From the NCBI GenBank assembly GCA_040222015.1, contig JAVJWO010000022.1, positions 21,720-85,719 of the forward strand: 64,000 nucleotides of DNA, written 5' to 3'. Shown here in pieces: positions 11,401-20,280 of the stretch; within the stretch, counting starts at the first letter, position 1, and each line of letters opens with the position of its first letter. This DNA comes from Coleofasciculus chthonoplastes F2-STO-03. GTDB lineage: Bacteria > Cyanobacteriota > Cyanobacteriia > Cyanobacteriales > Coleofasciculaceae. The notes below the pieces were generated by a model. It ran no database searches, was not told the origin of the DNA, and saw only the letters and a program-made list of their open reading frames with translations. The translations under genes were made by a program, and so were the position numbers.

Positions 11401-11406
11401 CTATGA
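5443..11406 (+). CDS. Hybrid Ser/Thr kinase - P-loop ATPase - GAF - PAS - histidine kinase
   Basis: HKDINPSN, DFG, YLSPEQTGR; GDSGVGKS and FLDDLQWAD; GAF region YLENN; H-box ASHDLQEPL, NLIGNAIKF, DNGIGI, GTGIGLA; GTG start. Confidence 0.93.
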   Translation: MIILPGYQILSKIYESSNSIVYRGIRQVDTQPVILKLLQPDYPTSEELSRYKTEYEITHNWQLASVIRADDLLAYQNRLVIIFEDIGGESLNVLLNTIKFSLSDILDIAIKITEGLGQIHADNTIHKDINPSNIIFNPVTGQLKIIDFGIAVRVSSENHSLKQSPSVEGTLAYLSPEQTGRMDCPLDYRTDFYSLGVTLYELLTHHLPFDKDEPMELIYCHLAQQPLPPHVTLQSNIVEEEDKEDGEDKEDGDVDSKLSQGGFGTNVTINSEQKVPQSIPTNLVPDEPSVGSILHTHHFLNHQLVCPKAISNIVMKLLEKMPQKRYQSAVGLKADLEYCLDQLKTTGKIQEFPLGCHDLGIILQIPPKLYGREREIQALLAAFFRIACYPKGQGARNTQKGLSEIMLITGDSGVGKSALIPQIRPSIIQKNSYFITGKFDQFQRNIPYSALVNAFSKLIRKILTEPEAQLRQWEKRLVKALGRNGQIIIQVIPDVELIIGTQPEVPELGLAESQNRFHLVFQAFMRVFCQPEHPLVIFLDDLQWADAATLKLLEFILTDDPIHHLFLIGAYRDNEVEPNHSLMISFDKICSLGVSLNQIILNPLNREHVIELISETLHRDAQAVTDLAELIVRKTAGNPFFIKEFIKTLAQENLIFFSYSTNKGLGQWTWDIDRIEETAITDNVVELMIGKLKKLPESTQQVLSLAACIGNHFQLDLLAKIYGKIPKETWDDLSTAIKLGLIEPQAKNSKTYFHLIQYYKFSHDRVQQAVDALMDKATKETVHWHIGRLLLAQLSPYQKYERIFDIVDHLNWKAYAITTTHERLELTRLNLAAAKKAKSATAYTAARDYLNYGLLTLSETSWTDQYSLTLKLHNELAEVEYLNGDFESSQHLIHQSLIQAKSVVEQAELYNLLIVQHTMLANYKEAIQVGRKALKKIGIDFPDTNVKSGLTSELSDLKRNLGNRHIASLIDLPDMTDTVIKAAVNLLLSLDPPTYFFDQDSYAWVTVKLVNLSLQYGNAPESAKGYSNYGLLLGSLWGDYQSGYAFGLLSCQLSKTFNHPIYISRTHQFLATFLNSWVKPIQCAESINHEAYQAGMEAGDFQYVGYILNNQFYNAFNQGSSLTDVLTQADTFLHFSRKTQNQWVTDMILACKLPVWNLCGRTEAKEVFDTDEMSEANYLATCHTYQTFGGLCTFYSIKAWVLYLYNQPETALNCIKSAEKYLPFIRGLFTQAEHNFYRSLILTALYPQAAESQQADYWQTLSIAQAQMKGWVDNCPENFRHNYVLINAEMARISGQTEKAMDFYDQAIDLARTNGFIHHEALGNELAAKFWLSKGKVKFAQLYMQKARHGYQHWGAKRKVEDLEKTYPGLFTDALTSVNIKDTLTNSHTDSVSGSHLAAVLDLTTIIKTFQALSSEIALDKLLISLMKILIENAGATQGALLLDWEGQLRIEATCRGDLDSIAVLQSIPLETSQDIPIAIIHYVSRTQDILVLNDATSEDRFITDAYIQQNQPKSIVCAPLLNQGQLIGLFYLENNLAIAAFTPARVELLNLISAQAAISIKNARLWQKQAELNHSLKAEIAERQRTDAALRKSEGLYRTLTQNFPNGSVLLFDRELRFLLAEGEGVRAGGFEPEQLKGKTITEVLSPDVCKIIEPLYQSALAGETRVSEITFADRTHQVYTLPVKNERGEIFAGMVMSQDITLQKQAEHILQNARSELERQVEERTQALTTMNTILQTEIAERREAEAKLKELTQELQRSNQELEQFAYIASHDLQEPLRAVASYTQLLQQDYLDQLDESAQDYMAFIIDGATRMRQLIQALLMYSRLGTRPPEGKPTDCNAILRQVTENLQIAIAESQATITYDALPTVQADPTQLIQLFQNLIGNAIKFCRDRPPLIQIEAQLIENAWLFQVKDNGIGIKPKYLDRIFVIFKRLHTRREFSGTGIGLAVCKKIVERHGGRIWVESQPGVGSTFFLTLPCLISSL

Positions 11407-11849
11407 GCAGTCATTATAGATTGAGACCCATTGAAATTTTACTGATTGAAGATTCCCCCAGTGACGCGAATCTGATCCAGATCAGCTTTAAGCAAGCTAA
11501 AATTCCTAACACCCTGCGTTGGGTGGAAGATGGGGAAACAGCCCTAGAGTACTTACTCCATCAGGGGGATTATACGAACAGTCCCCGTCCGGATTTGATT
11601 GTGTTGGATCTGAATTTACCGGGAATGGATGGTCAAGAAGTATTAACCTCGATTAAATCAGACCCCACGCTTAAACGGATTCCAGTGATCGTTCTCACAA
11701 CTTCAGAGGATGAAGAGGATATACTCAAGTCTTATGAACTTAATGCCAATTGCTATATTACCAAACCTATTGATATTCAACAGTTTATGGGAATGGTTCA
11801 ACTATTGAAAGAATTTTGGTTAGCGGCGGTTCAATTGCCCTCGGAGTGA
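11403..11849 (+). CDS. Single-domain response regulator (Rcp1-like)
   Basis: ILLIEDS, PDLIVLDLNLP, VLTTS, NCYITKP, FWL tail; overlaps kinase stop (ATGA). Confidence 0.92.
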   Translation: MSSHYRLRPIEILLIEDSPSDANLIQISFKQAKIPNTLRWVEDGETALEYLLHQGDYTNSPRPDLIVLDLNLPGMDGQEVLTSIKSDPTLKRIPVIVLTTSEDEEDILKSYELNANCYITKPIDIQQFMGMVQLLKEFWLAAVQLPSE

Positions 11850-11859
11850 TACCAGTCCT

Positions 11860-12627
11860 ATGGACAAACAACTAATTCATGTCCTATTAGTGGAGGATAG
11901 CCCTAGTGATGCTCGCTTGCAGCGTCATCGATTTTCACGTTTAGACCCAACCGAATGGCAACTTCATCATGTTGAACGACTCGCTGATGCGATTGAGAGT
12001 TGTACGAATTTCCCCATTGATGTGGTGTTGTTAGACCTGAATCTTCCGGATGCTGATGGCTTAGAAACGGTGACTGAATTCCGAGAGGCGATTCCCCATC
12101 TTCCTATTGTTGTGTTAACGGGAAATAATGACGAAGAATTAGCCTTAGGAGCAATGGCTCATGGGGCGCAAGATTATTTACTTAAGGATGATATTACAAT
12201 TCCCTTATTAGTGAAAACGATTCGCTATGCGATTGAACGGGGACAAATTCTCAAAAAACTCCAGGATAGTGAACGACGTTTCCGGGCAATTTTCAATCAA
12301 ACCTTTCAATCCATGATGTTGCTGACTCCAGCAGGACTTATTGTGGATATCAATGAAACGGCATTAAATGCGAGTGGCTATAAATTAGATGATTTACTCG
12401 GTTTGCCTGTATGGAAACTGGAGTGTTGGAATCACTGCCAATCTATACAGGAGTGGTTGAAAGCGGCGATTAAAACGGCGGCTAACGGTGATTTGGTTCG
12501 CCAAGACGTTCAGTTTCGGAAACGGGAAAATGTGATAATTTGTATAGATTTTTCCCTTAAACCGTTAAAAGATGAGGAAGGAAAGGTTATTTTACTTATT
12601 GCTGAAGGACGAGATATTCATGAATAA
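11860..12627 (+). CDS. Response regulator, receiver plus PAS domain
   Basis: LLVEDS, LLDLNLPD, GAQDYLLK; PAS from SERRFRAIFNQTFQ to AEGRDI. Confidence 0.88.
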   Translation: MDKQLIHVLLVEDSPSDARLQRHRFSRLDPTEWQLHHVERLADAIESCTNFPIDVVLLDLNLPDADGLETVTEFREAIPHLPIVVLTGNNDEELALGAMAHGAQDYLLKDDITIPLLVKTIRYAIERGQILKKLQDSERRFRAIFNQTFQSMMLLTPAGLIVDINETALNASGYKLDDLLGLPVWKLECWNHCQSIQEWLKAAIKTAANGDLVRQDVQFRKRENVIICIDFSLKPLKDEEGKVILLIAEGRDIHE

Positions 12628-12690
12628 GGCTGTTCGTCGTCAGCACTTTATTGCTGGGAAATATAGCATTTTGAGGCACTAAAGTGCCTA

Positions 12691-13890
12691 CTACGAACCG
12701 ATAAAATTAAGCAAGGCGTGGGCGAGTTCCAGTTTGCTGCACGGTTGAACCGACTCCTGGCGTCCCTGTTTATCGATGAAAATGGCTTGATTGGTGTCGC
12801 TGGCAAATCCTACATTAGGCTGGTCAATGGGATTCGCCGCGATCGCGTCTAAGTTCTTGGCGTTTAATTTTTCTAACGCAGGCTTGACAATATCGCCAGT
12901 TTGTGCTGCAAATCCGATTAGCCGTTGATGGGCTTGTTTGCGCTGTCCTAACTCTGCCAAAATATCCGGTACAGGTTCTAAAGCTAAGGCAGTGGGAAGC
13001 TGGGCTTTGGGTAATTTCTCTGAGGCGTGATCGGCAGGTTTGACATCGGCGACGGCGGCTGCCATGATTACCAGATCGGCTGCGGAGAAATAAGATAACA
13101 TGACCTGACGCATTTCAGCAGCGCTGACGACTGAAATTGCCTGAATATCCGGGGGGATGGGTTCAGTTAAGGGCGCATGAACTAATACAACTCGTGCGCC
13201 GCGATGCTTGGCGGCTTGTGCCAATGCCAATCCCATCTTACCCGTAGAGGGATTGCCAATAAAGCGCACAGGGTCTAAATGTTCTCTGGTGCCACCGGTA
13301 CTAATTAACACCTGTTTGCCGACTAAATCCCGCTTACCGCCTGTGTATAACACTGAATAAATAGCAGTAAGAATCTCTGAGGGTTCTGCCAAGCGCCCTG
13401 CACCCACGCGATCGCACGCCAATCGTCCCGCACCGGGTCCTACTGTATGATATCTGGAATCGCTCAACAGGTTTTGCCAATTCCGTTGTACCGCCTGCTG
13501 TTCCCACATATCCGTGTTCATCGCTGGGGCAAGGAGTACGGGACAATGGGAGGCGAGAACGGTATTGGTTAATAAATTATCCGCTAAACCGTGAGCTAAT
13601 TTACCCAACGTGTTAGCAGTAAGTGGGGCAATGACGAATAGATCTGCCCATTCGCCCAAGTCAATATGAACGGGGCGATGGTGAATCGGTTGCCAAAATA
13701 CGCGATCGGTATACGCCGGATGGCGCGAGAGGGTGGAAATAGTCAGGGGGGTGATAAATTCTTGAGCCGCTTGGGTGAGAATCACTCGAACTTGCACCCC
13801 AGCCTGAAACAGGGTGGAAATAACCTGACACACTTTATAGGCGGCGATACCACCGCCTATACCTATCAATACTTGCCGCGACTCATTCAC
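12691..13890 (-). CDS. coaBC: Bifunctional phosphopantothenoylcysteine decarboxylase/synthase
   Basis: [57 protein letters not shown]. Confidence 0.96.
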   Translation of the reverse strand: MNESRQVLIGIGGGIAAYKVCQVISTLFQAGVQVRVILTQAAQEFITPLTISTLSRHPAYTDRVFWQPIHHRPVHIDLGEWADLFVIAPLTANTLGKLAHGLADNLLTNTVLASHCPVLLAPAMNTDMWEQQAVQRNWQNLLSDSRYHTVGPGAGRLACDRVGAGRLAEPSEILTAIYSVLYTGGKRDLVGKQVLISTGGTREHLDPVRFIGNPSTGKMGLALAQAAKHRGARVVLVHAPLTEPIPPDIQAISVVSAAEMRQVMLSYFSAADLVIMAAAVADVKPADHASEKLPKAQLPTALALEPVPDILAELGQRKQAHQRLIGFAAQTGDIVKPALEKLNAKNLDAIAANPIDQPNVGFASDTNQAIFIDKQGRQESVQPCSKLELAHALLNFIGS

Positions 13891-14099
13891 GCTTCATCAT
13901 ACGCTTCCAGGTCTAACAAGTAGAGGTAGGGTTCTGCTAACTCCGGACGTTGGAAGGCTAGCGCCCGCAGCACATGCCAGTCATCTAGTCCCGCAAACGC
14001 ATTTTCATATTCGTCCTGTTCTAAACGTCCTGCTAATTCAGCAACATCCTGTTCCGTGAAAGCCGACAAATCACGCTGGGACATGGTTAACGTTGCCAT
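13887..14099 (-). CDS. Small conserved cyanobacterial protein (DUF2555-like)
   Basis: [13 protein letters not shown] and [26 protein letters not shown] motifs; overlaps coaBC start. Confidence 0.8.
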   Translation of the reverse strand: MATLTMSQRDLSAFTEQDVAELAGRLEQDEYENAFAGLDDWHVLRALAFQRPELAEPYLYLLDLEAYDEA

Positions 14100-14303
14100 T
14101 GCTCACGCCTCTCTTGAATCGGATTGATGTACTCTGCGGAGAGTGCTATTACTGCCGCGTTTCTATTATCGCCATTCAAGCACAGAACTGGGGACTTTTT
14201 TGGTTAAGGTTCTGGTAAGATTCTTCAGTTTGAGTCATGAATCCTTAACCATGAATTAACCCTAGAGAAATAAACATCTCCAGGGTCAATTTTGGTCTTG
14301 CGA

Positions 14304-14377
14304 TCGGAGCGGCGGGATTTGAACCCACGACCCCCACTACCCCAAAGTGGTGCGCTACCAAGCTGCGCTACGCCCCG
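14304..14377 (-). tRNA. trnP: tRNA-Pro (anticodon GGG)
   Basis: Minus strand reads CGGGGCGTAGCGCAGCTTGGTAGCGCACCACTTTGGGGTAGTGGGGGTCGTGGGTTCAAATCCCGCCGCTCCGA; cloverleaf with GTTCAAA T-loop; CCA not encoded. Confidence 0.97.
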
Positions 14378-14471
14378 TGAAACCTTTCCTAGATTATCAT
14401 AAGATTCATCATTTTAACAACTTTCCCAAAACACGTTCTGACATCAGGGTTTGAGGTGCAAGTTTGAGGAG

Positions 14472-14535
14472 AGGGCGACCCGATCCCATTGAGTGGACTG
14501 GTGTTGTTAATTTAAGCAAGCGGGTCGCCCCTACA
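14472..14535. repeat. Dispersed palindromic repeat GGGCGACCCG...CGGGTCGCCC
   Basis: Diverged reverse-complement copy at about 46329-46391. Confidence 0.75.
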
Positions 14536-14572
14536 GGTGTTTTTTCCATTCATAGCAACGTCTGGAACCTTC

Positions 14573-14944
14573 TCAAAATACTTTAAAAGACTGAGTCGCT
14601 TGCAGCAAACCGGGAACGGCTGTGGCTTGCCAACTTCCCTCACAACGACGTTCCTGGTTCAAAATCAAGCGTAGTGTATAGGCAGACGGATAACCTTCGA
14701 CTTCCATCCAGAGCAAGTCACTTTCGGCTTCACAGGTGATTTTCTCCTCATCGACCAACTCATCAGCGATGTCTTCAATAGCTTGAGCAAGCTGTGCTAA
14801 CAATCGGCAAAAATCGTCTAACTCCGCCTGAGTCAGCTCGATTGCCCACTCATCAGTACCCACTAACCCCTGATAATGAGTTGCCTGAGGATTCCAACCT
14901 AGACGCCAACCTGAGCCACTTTTGACAATTCGTTCCGTGGTCAT
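14573..14944 (-). CDS. DUF1818 family protein
   Basis: GSGWRLGW, LVGTDEWAIELT, EEKITCEAE motifs. Confidence 0.8.
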   Translation of the reverse strand: MTTERIVKSGSGWRLGWNPQATHYQGLVGTDEWAIELTQAELDDFCRLLAQLAQAIEDIADELVDEEKITCEAESDLLWMEVEGYPSAYTLRLILNQERRCEGSWQATAVPGLLQATQSFKVF

Positions 14945-14997
14945 TGGTCATTGGTCAGAGTTTGAGGAACATTTATTAACTTAACCTCATTTGAATT

Positions 14998-16146
14998 CTA
15001 AGATTGCTGTTCTAACCAATCTCGGATTACCCTCTTAGCGGTATGATGAGATACCCCAACCAACATGGCTAAGGCTTCTACCAAAAGGGCAAAGGTTTCA
15101 TCTAGCATTCGGGAAATTGTTTCGGCGCCAAAGAAGCCCAAAAACTGATTCAGAATTTGCTGGACTCGTTGTGCAGGTGTTGAATGACTGGTTATTTGTC
15201 TAGTTAACTGCACCCATTGGCGGCGAATTAAATAAGCTCGTTTGCGCTCATCGGCTGATTCCGGAGTAAGCAACTGCAACTCTCCCACAGGTATCATGAG
15301 CCGACAATCCTGATCAAATATCCCCCCAACGGCAGCGCCAGGGCCAGCAAATTCGGCATGATAACGTTTCCAGAGAATTACACCATTTCGACGACGCGGA
15401 TCAACGATTAATAACTGATTATTTAACCAAAAATTTTTTCCAGGCATTGTTACTATTAGCGACTTTTTGGGTGATTGTGGTGGATTAGCTGAACCCGATA
15501 TTTCTGTACTTGGAGTTTCCGAGTCCGGGGATAAATTAGGCGAAGAATTTACGAGCAAGGAATGATGCCTTAGCAAATCTCGGATGATCATCTGAATGGT
15601 ATGAGGCAATACCCCAACTAACAGCGCAAAGGCTTTGACAAACAGGGCAAGGGTTTCGTCTGGCATTTGGGCAATGGTTTCGGCGTTAAAAACTTCCCTA
15701 AAGTAACTCAAAATATTCTGGGCGCGTCTGGCTGGTGTTGGGTAACCCGTGATGTGTCTCGTCAGTTGCGCCCACTGGCAGCGAATTAAATAAGCTCGTT
15801 GTCGCTCCTGGGCTGATGCTGGAGTGAGCAGCTTTAAATCACCCACAAGTATTATTTTCCGACAATCCTGATCCAATATGCCCCCAAAAGCAGCGCCAGG
15901 GCCAGCAAATTCGGCATGATAACGTTTCCAGAGAATTACACCATTTCGACGACGCGAATCAACCACTAATAACTGATTATTGAAGCCAAATTCTTCAATT
16001 ATTAATGATTTGGGAGGTTTGGGTGGATTACCTGAACCCGATGTTTGTGTACTGATAGTTTCCGATTCCGGGGATAAATTAGGCGAAGAATTTACTATCC
16101 AGGAAGGATTGGAACTCTCCCGAACTGGATTGGGGGAATGGTTCAT
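14998..16146 (-). CDS. Hypothetical protein with two tandem copies of an RRRNG..KRYHAEFAGPGAA domain (possibly CRP/FNR-like)
   Basis: Internal duplication visible in protein and DNA; same domain as 16264-16869. Confidence 0.7.
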   Translation of the reverse strand: MNHSPNPVRESSNPSWIVNSSPNLSPESETISTQTSGSGNPPKPPKSLIIEEFGFNNQLLVVDSRRRNGVILWKRYHAEFAGPGAAFGGILDQDCRKIILVGDLKLLTPASAQERQRAYLIRCQWAQLTRHITGYPTPARRAQNILSYFREVFNAETIAQMPDETLALFVKAFALLVGVLPHTIQMIIRDLLRHHSLLVNSSPNLSPDSETPSTEISGSANPPQSPKKSLIVTMPGKNFWLNNQLLIVDPRRRNGVILWKRYHAEFAGPGAAVGGIFDQDCRLMIPVGELQLLTPESADERKRAYLIRRQWVQLTRQITSHSTPAQRVQQILNQFLGFFGAETISRMLDETFALLVEALAMLVGVSHHTAKRVIRDWLEQQS

Positions 16147-16263
16147 GGTTACTCTGTCATGAGTTTACTAATGTTTTAACTCAGACAGTAAGTTCGTATC
16201 ACTTGTGCTTGATTAGGATGAGTCCAATATTCACAAAACGTAATATCCTCATTTGGAGCATTA

Positions 16264-16869
16264 TTAGTTCCTTGGCGAATCTCGAATCATCTGAATTGTA
16301 TAAGGAAATACACCCACCAACAGGGCAAAGGCTTCGTCTGGTATTTTGGCAATGGTTTCGGCGTCAAAAAATCCCTCAAACTGACTCAGAATCTTCTGAG
16401 CACGTTTGGCTGATGTTGGATGATTGGTTATTTGTATCGTCAGTTGCGCCCACTGGCGGCGAATTAAACAAGCTCGTTTTCGCTCATCGGCTGATTCTGG
16501 AGTGAGCAACTTCATATCCCCCACAGGTATCACTTGCCGACAATCATGATCAAATATTCCACCGACGGCGGCACCCGGTCCAGCAAACTCGGCGTGATAA
16601 CGTTTATAGATAATTAAACCATTCCGACGACGCGGATCAACAATTGATAACTGATTATTTAACCCACATTTTTCAGTCATTGATAATTTTGGCTTTTCGG
16701 ATGGGATACCTAAAGCCGATGTCATTGATGATTTGGATGGTTCAGGCGAGACACCTGAATCTAATGTCTCTGTGCTTAGCTTGTCCGACTCCGGGGATAA
16801 TTTAGGCGAATGATTCACTATCAAAAAATGATTGGAACTCTCCAGACCGAGATTGTTGGGCTGGTTCAT
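16264..16869 (-). CDS. Hypothetical protein with one KRYHAEFAGPGAA domain (possibly CRP/FNR-like)
   Basis: Paralog of both halves of 14998-16146; ends in an HTH-like segment DEAFALLVGVFPYTIQMIR. Confidence 0.7.
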   Translation of the reverse strand: MNQPNNLGLESSNHFLIVNHSPKLSPESDKLSTETLDSGVSPEPSKSSMTSALGIPSEKPKLSMTEKCGLNNQLSIVDPRRRNGLIIYKRYHAEFAGPGAAVGGIFDHDCRQVIPVGDMKLLTPESADERKRACLIRRQWAQLTIQITNHPTSAKRAQKILSQFEGFFDAETIAKIPDEAFALLVGVFPYTIQMIRDSPRN

Positions 16870-17039
16870 TGTTACTAGGGCAGGGGTTTACTCCTGTTTT
16901 AACGCAATCGCCGTTGTACTTATCCGACAAACTCCTAATCGCTGCCAATTGAGCTAGGATTGCATCCTCAGTATCATAGTCCAGCAATTCTGGTGCTGCT
17001 GCTGAGGAAACGGTTTCAGGCAAGTGAATTCGTTCTCAC

Positions 17040-17470
17040 TCAATGGTACACTGAGAGTGCTTCTGCTAAGAGGACGGGTTCAACATAACCCAATTCCTGG
17101 CGGATGCGGGTAGAATCGACCACCCAATGCTGTTCTAAATTGTAGGGCAAACTCCAACTGTCTAGCATCAGGGATGGCGACGCAATTACGACTTCACCCT
17201 TCCATCCAGCCACTTGTCCAATGCATCGAATCCGTTCTGCTTCCGTTGGAAATTGTGCCTCTGCTATATTGTAAACCTGACCAGTCGCTCGGTCATCGGT
17301 AATGGCAAGTGCGATCGCAGCAGCTACATTCTCCACATATCCTTCTCCACATATCCTCATACGCCGCGCCACTGGGCTATGCCGTTGAATGTACTCATCA
17401 GGGTTCTAGCATCCTGTTCAGTATAGGCGATCGCATCCAGAACCACTTGAGGTCAAATCTGCTCAAACTC
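17040..17470 (-). pseudogene. NAD-dependent epimerase/dehydratase remnant
   Basis: C-terminal motifs GYVENVAAAIALA, GQVYNIAE, DSTRIRQELGY; upstream out-of-frame fragment EFEQI*PQVVLDAIAYTEQDA with a stop; no Rossmann N-terminus. Confidence 0.7.
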
Positions 17471-17562
17471 GGCTTGTATTAATTAACGAAGTATCAATGT
17501 CAATCTGATATTTACCTTGTTTTAAAACTATTTTCCCGATCAAAACGCTCAATCCTTAAAAA

Positions 17563-17674
17563 CTGTTCCCTGTTCCCTGTTCCCTGTTCCCTGTTCCCTG
17601 TTCCCTGTTCCCTGTTCCCTGTTCCCTGTTCCCTGTTCCCTGTTCCCTGTTCCCTGTTCCCTGTTCCCTGTTCC
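17563..17674. repeat. STRR tandem heptamer (CTGTTCC)x16
   Basis: 16 perfect copies read directly. Confidence 0.97.
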
Positions 17675-17721
17675 CTAAGGTAAATTAATAGTGATATTAC
17701 CAAATAACCGATAACCACACT

Positions 17722-19002
17722 ATGCAACTGCTGTGCATCAGCAACGGTCACGGAGAAGATGTCATTGCTATCCGAATTCTACAGGAACTCAACGCTAGCC
17801 CAGATGCGCCGGAATTAGCCGCATTGCCGTTAGTGGGTGAAGGTGCAGCCTATCGACAATTGGATATTCCGATTGTTGGACCGGTGCAAACCATGCCCTC
17901 TGGTGGTTTTATCTATATGGAAGGGCGTCACCTGCTGCGGGATTTGCAGAGTGGTTTGTTGAAATTGACATGGGCGCAATTGAAAGCGGTTCGCCGTTGG
18001 GCGAAACGCGGCGGGGTTATTTTAGCGGTGGGAGATATTGTCCCGCTTTTGTTTGCGTGGTTAAGTGGCGCCCCTTACGCTTTTGTCGGGACAGCTAAAT
18101 CGGAGTATTATCTGCGGGATGAAGCGGGATGGTTACCGAATCGTCAGCGTCGGGAAGGATGGTCCGGTTCGGTGTATTTGCCGTGGGAACGTTGGTTGAT
18201 GAGTCGCAAGCGATGCAAGGCGGTGTTTCCTAGAGATAAACTGACAACAGAAATTTTGCAAAAATGGTCAATTCCAGCATTGGATTTAGGGAACCCGATG
18301 ATGGATGGGATTGAACCGGAACAGCCAGAACCGATATTCTATGAACCCGACGCCGAACAAAAAGAAATGCAGCGTCCTTTGGTGGTTGCATTATTACCGG
18401 GTTCGAGAATGCCAGAAGCCTACCAGAATTGGCAGAAAATCGCCCTAGCCGCAAATGGGTTATTGGATGCTTATAAACAACGATCAGTGGTGTTTCTCGG
18501 CGCGATCGCACCCGCTTTAAGTCTTGACCCCTTACAAGAAACGTTGATAGGGTATGGCTGGCGTCAGCAGCCTCTGGAAGCCATCGACGTGAATTTGAAG
18601 TTGAATGACCCGAGTGCGATCGCGTTAACCAACCAGAATGGCACTTTGATATTAACCCAAGATGACTATACCCTTTGTCTGCTCAAAGCCGACTGCTGCA
18701 TTGCCATGGCAGGAACCGCAACCGAACAATTTGTCGGATTAGGAAAACCTGCGATCGCGATTCCGGGAACGGGACCTCAATACACGCCGGCTTTTGCCGA
18801 AGCGCAAACCCGACTATTAGGACCATCCTTAATATTAGTCGAACAACCCGAGCGAGTCGCCCAAGTCCTTCAGCAGTTGTTACGAGATCCAGATCGCTTG
18901 CAACTGATTGCCGAAAATGGACACCGGCGTATGGGTCAATCTGGTTCAGCGCGGCGCATTGCCGATTGTTTGATGGAACGATTTGGGGTCTTCCGTACTT
19001 AG
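17722..19002 (+). CDS. Lipid-A-disaccharide-synthase-related glycosyltransferase (cyanobacterial family)
   Basis: LCISNGHGED, MPSGGF, AVGDIVP, GNPMMDG, LLPGSR, MAGTATEQFVGLGKP motifs. Confidence 0.85.
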   Translation: MQLLCISNGHGEDVIAIRILQELNASPDAPELAALPLVGEGAAYRQLDIPIVGPVQTMPSGGFIYMEGRHLLRDLQSGLLKLTWAQLKAVRRWAKRGGVILAVGDIVPLLFAWLSGAPYAFVGTAKSEYYLRDEAGWLPNRQRREGWSGSVYLPWERWLMSRKRCKAVFPRDKLTTEILQKWSIPALDLGNPMMDGIEPEQPEPIFYEPDAEQKEMQRPLVVALLPGSRMPEAYQNWQKIALAANGLLDAYKQRSVVFLGAIAPALSLDPLQETLIGYGWRQQPLEAIDVNLKLNDPSAIALTNQNGTLILTQDDYTLCLLKADCCIAMAGTATEQFVGLGKPAIAIPGTGPQYTPAFAEAQTRLLGPSLILVEQPERVAQVLQQLLRDPDRLQLIAENGHRRMGQSGSARRIADCLMERFGVFRT

Positions 19003-19065
19003 TGTGCTAAATTGTTAGTTTGATTAGTCCGAACATTGAACAGTAATAGCTTTAGGAATGGGTGG

Positions 19066-19155
19066 CGAGCAAGATGCTCGCAGCGAGCAAGATGCTCGCA
19101 CTACTACAATGATTTGGCAATTCTTGACATTATGGTTTAAATGCCGAACAGCTTA
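19066..19155. repeat. Partial MITE copy (family of 56809-56911, inverted)
   Basis: GCGAGCAAGATGCTCGC hairpin (doubled) and TTTAAATGCCGAACAGCTTA end. Confidence 0.75.
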
Positions 19156-19162
19156 AGCCGCC

Positions 19163-20077
19163 CTAATCTGCTTTCATTCGCTTACGTTTTGCCGCCAAGA
19201 AACCACCCAAGCCAAATAGCCCTAATAATGTGGTAGGTTCCGGTACAGATGCAATCTCAGATTCGCCACCCAATTCTCCCGGTGGAGCTGTAGGCGGTTC
19301 TTCAGCAACAGGGGGTTCAGGTTCAGCAGAGGGGTTCTCGTTACCAGGAGATCCAGGTTCAGTTTCAGGAGAGGATTTTTCGGCAACAGGTGGTTCGGCT
19401 TCAGAATCAACAGGTAACAAAGCGATCGGTTCGGGTATAGAGTTGATTGGAGTGATTGAATAGTCGAAAGATACTAAACCAGGCTCTGTAGAACCGTCAT
19501 CAACCAGAGACATTGCTGTTTGGGTAAAACCGCCACTTACCGTTAGATTAACGCTGGAAGGGAAAAGGATAGAGGCAGTAGCATTACCGTCAAATAAGAC
19601 ATGACAGGTATTTTCTAAACAGCCTGCGATATCACCATAATTATAGTTACCTGCCACAATTTCATTATCCCGTAAAAAGACATCAAAGCCTGAGAGTAAG
19701 TTGTTCTCGGAATCTAGAATAGAACCCTGAACGTCAATATCATCAATCAATGGTAAAACGGTGCTAGGTAGGATTGCCTCTAAATAGTCCTCAACATGAC
19801 TAAGACCCAAGGTTAGCTCTTCATCTTCTGCATCAGATAACCGACCATGAGCATTATTGACAATAATTGTACTATCGAAATCTACCTGTTGTGGAGCAAG
19901 TAGCGCTTGAAATTCGGATGGTAAAAATGACGACACAAGGGGACTAACGTCTACGTCAAACGCAACAGCTCCAGAGGAGTCAATTTGTGTCAAGTTGGCT
20001 GCCTCAGCCGGAGCCATACCTACTATGCCGAGAGCCATAAATCCGGCTCCAGCAATTGCTATGGATAACTTGTTCAT
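19163..20077 (-). CDS. PEP-CTERM sorting-domain protein
   Basis: Signal peptide (APAEA), Pro/Glu-rich linker, VPEPTTLLGLFGLGGFLAAKRKR C-terminus. Confidence 0.9.
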   Translation of the reverse strand: MNKLSIAIAGAGFMALGIVGMAPAEAANLTQIDSSGAVAFDVDVSPLVSSFLPSEFQALLAPQQVDFDSTIIVNNAHGRLSDAEDEELTLGLSHVEDYLEAILPSTVLPLIDDIDVQGSILDSENNLLSGFDVFLRDNEIVAGNYNYGDIAGCLENTCHVLFDGNATASILFPSSVNLTVSGGFTQTAMSLVDDGSTEPGLVSFDYSITPINSIPEPIALLPVDSEAEPPVAEKSSPETEPGSPGNENPSAEPEPPVAEEPPTAPPGELGGESEIASVPEPTTLLGLFGLGGFLAAKRKRMKAD

Positions 20078-20280
20078 GTCGATTTTTCTATCTCCTAGCT
20101 AGATGTACGTGTTCATCTTTACTCTATGGGATGCCAGAACTGATTTAGGCAAAGTAACTGTGAAGCTTATGTAAAGTGTTGATGAATATTTGGGCTGGTT
20201 TCATAGGGGTTAATGTGAGTATAAAAAAAGAGCTAGATAGCTCTCTTAAATTTCATCTCATTTCTCTGATGAAAAATTTA

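Noticed and set aside
16802..17023. 73-aa minus-strand ORF
   Set aside because: TTG start, overlaps the next gene out of frame, no recognisable motif
17563..17674. Possible CRISPR array
   Set aside because: Pure 7-bp tandem repeat with no spacers and no cas genes in the window
17512..17751. ORF with (REQGTGN)n repeats
   Set aside because: It is the translation of the CTGTTCC STRR array and overlaps the real gene start on the other strand
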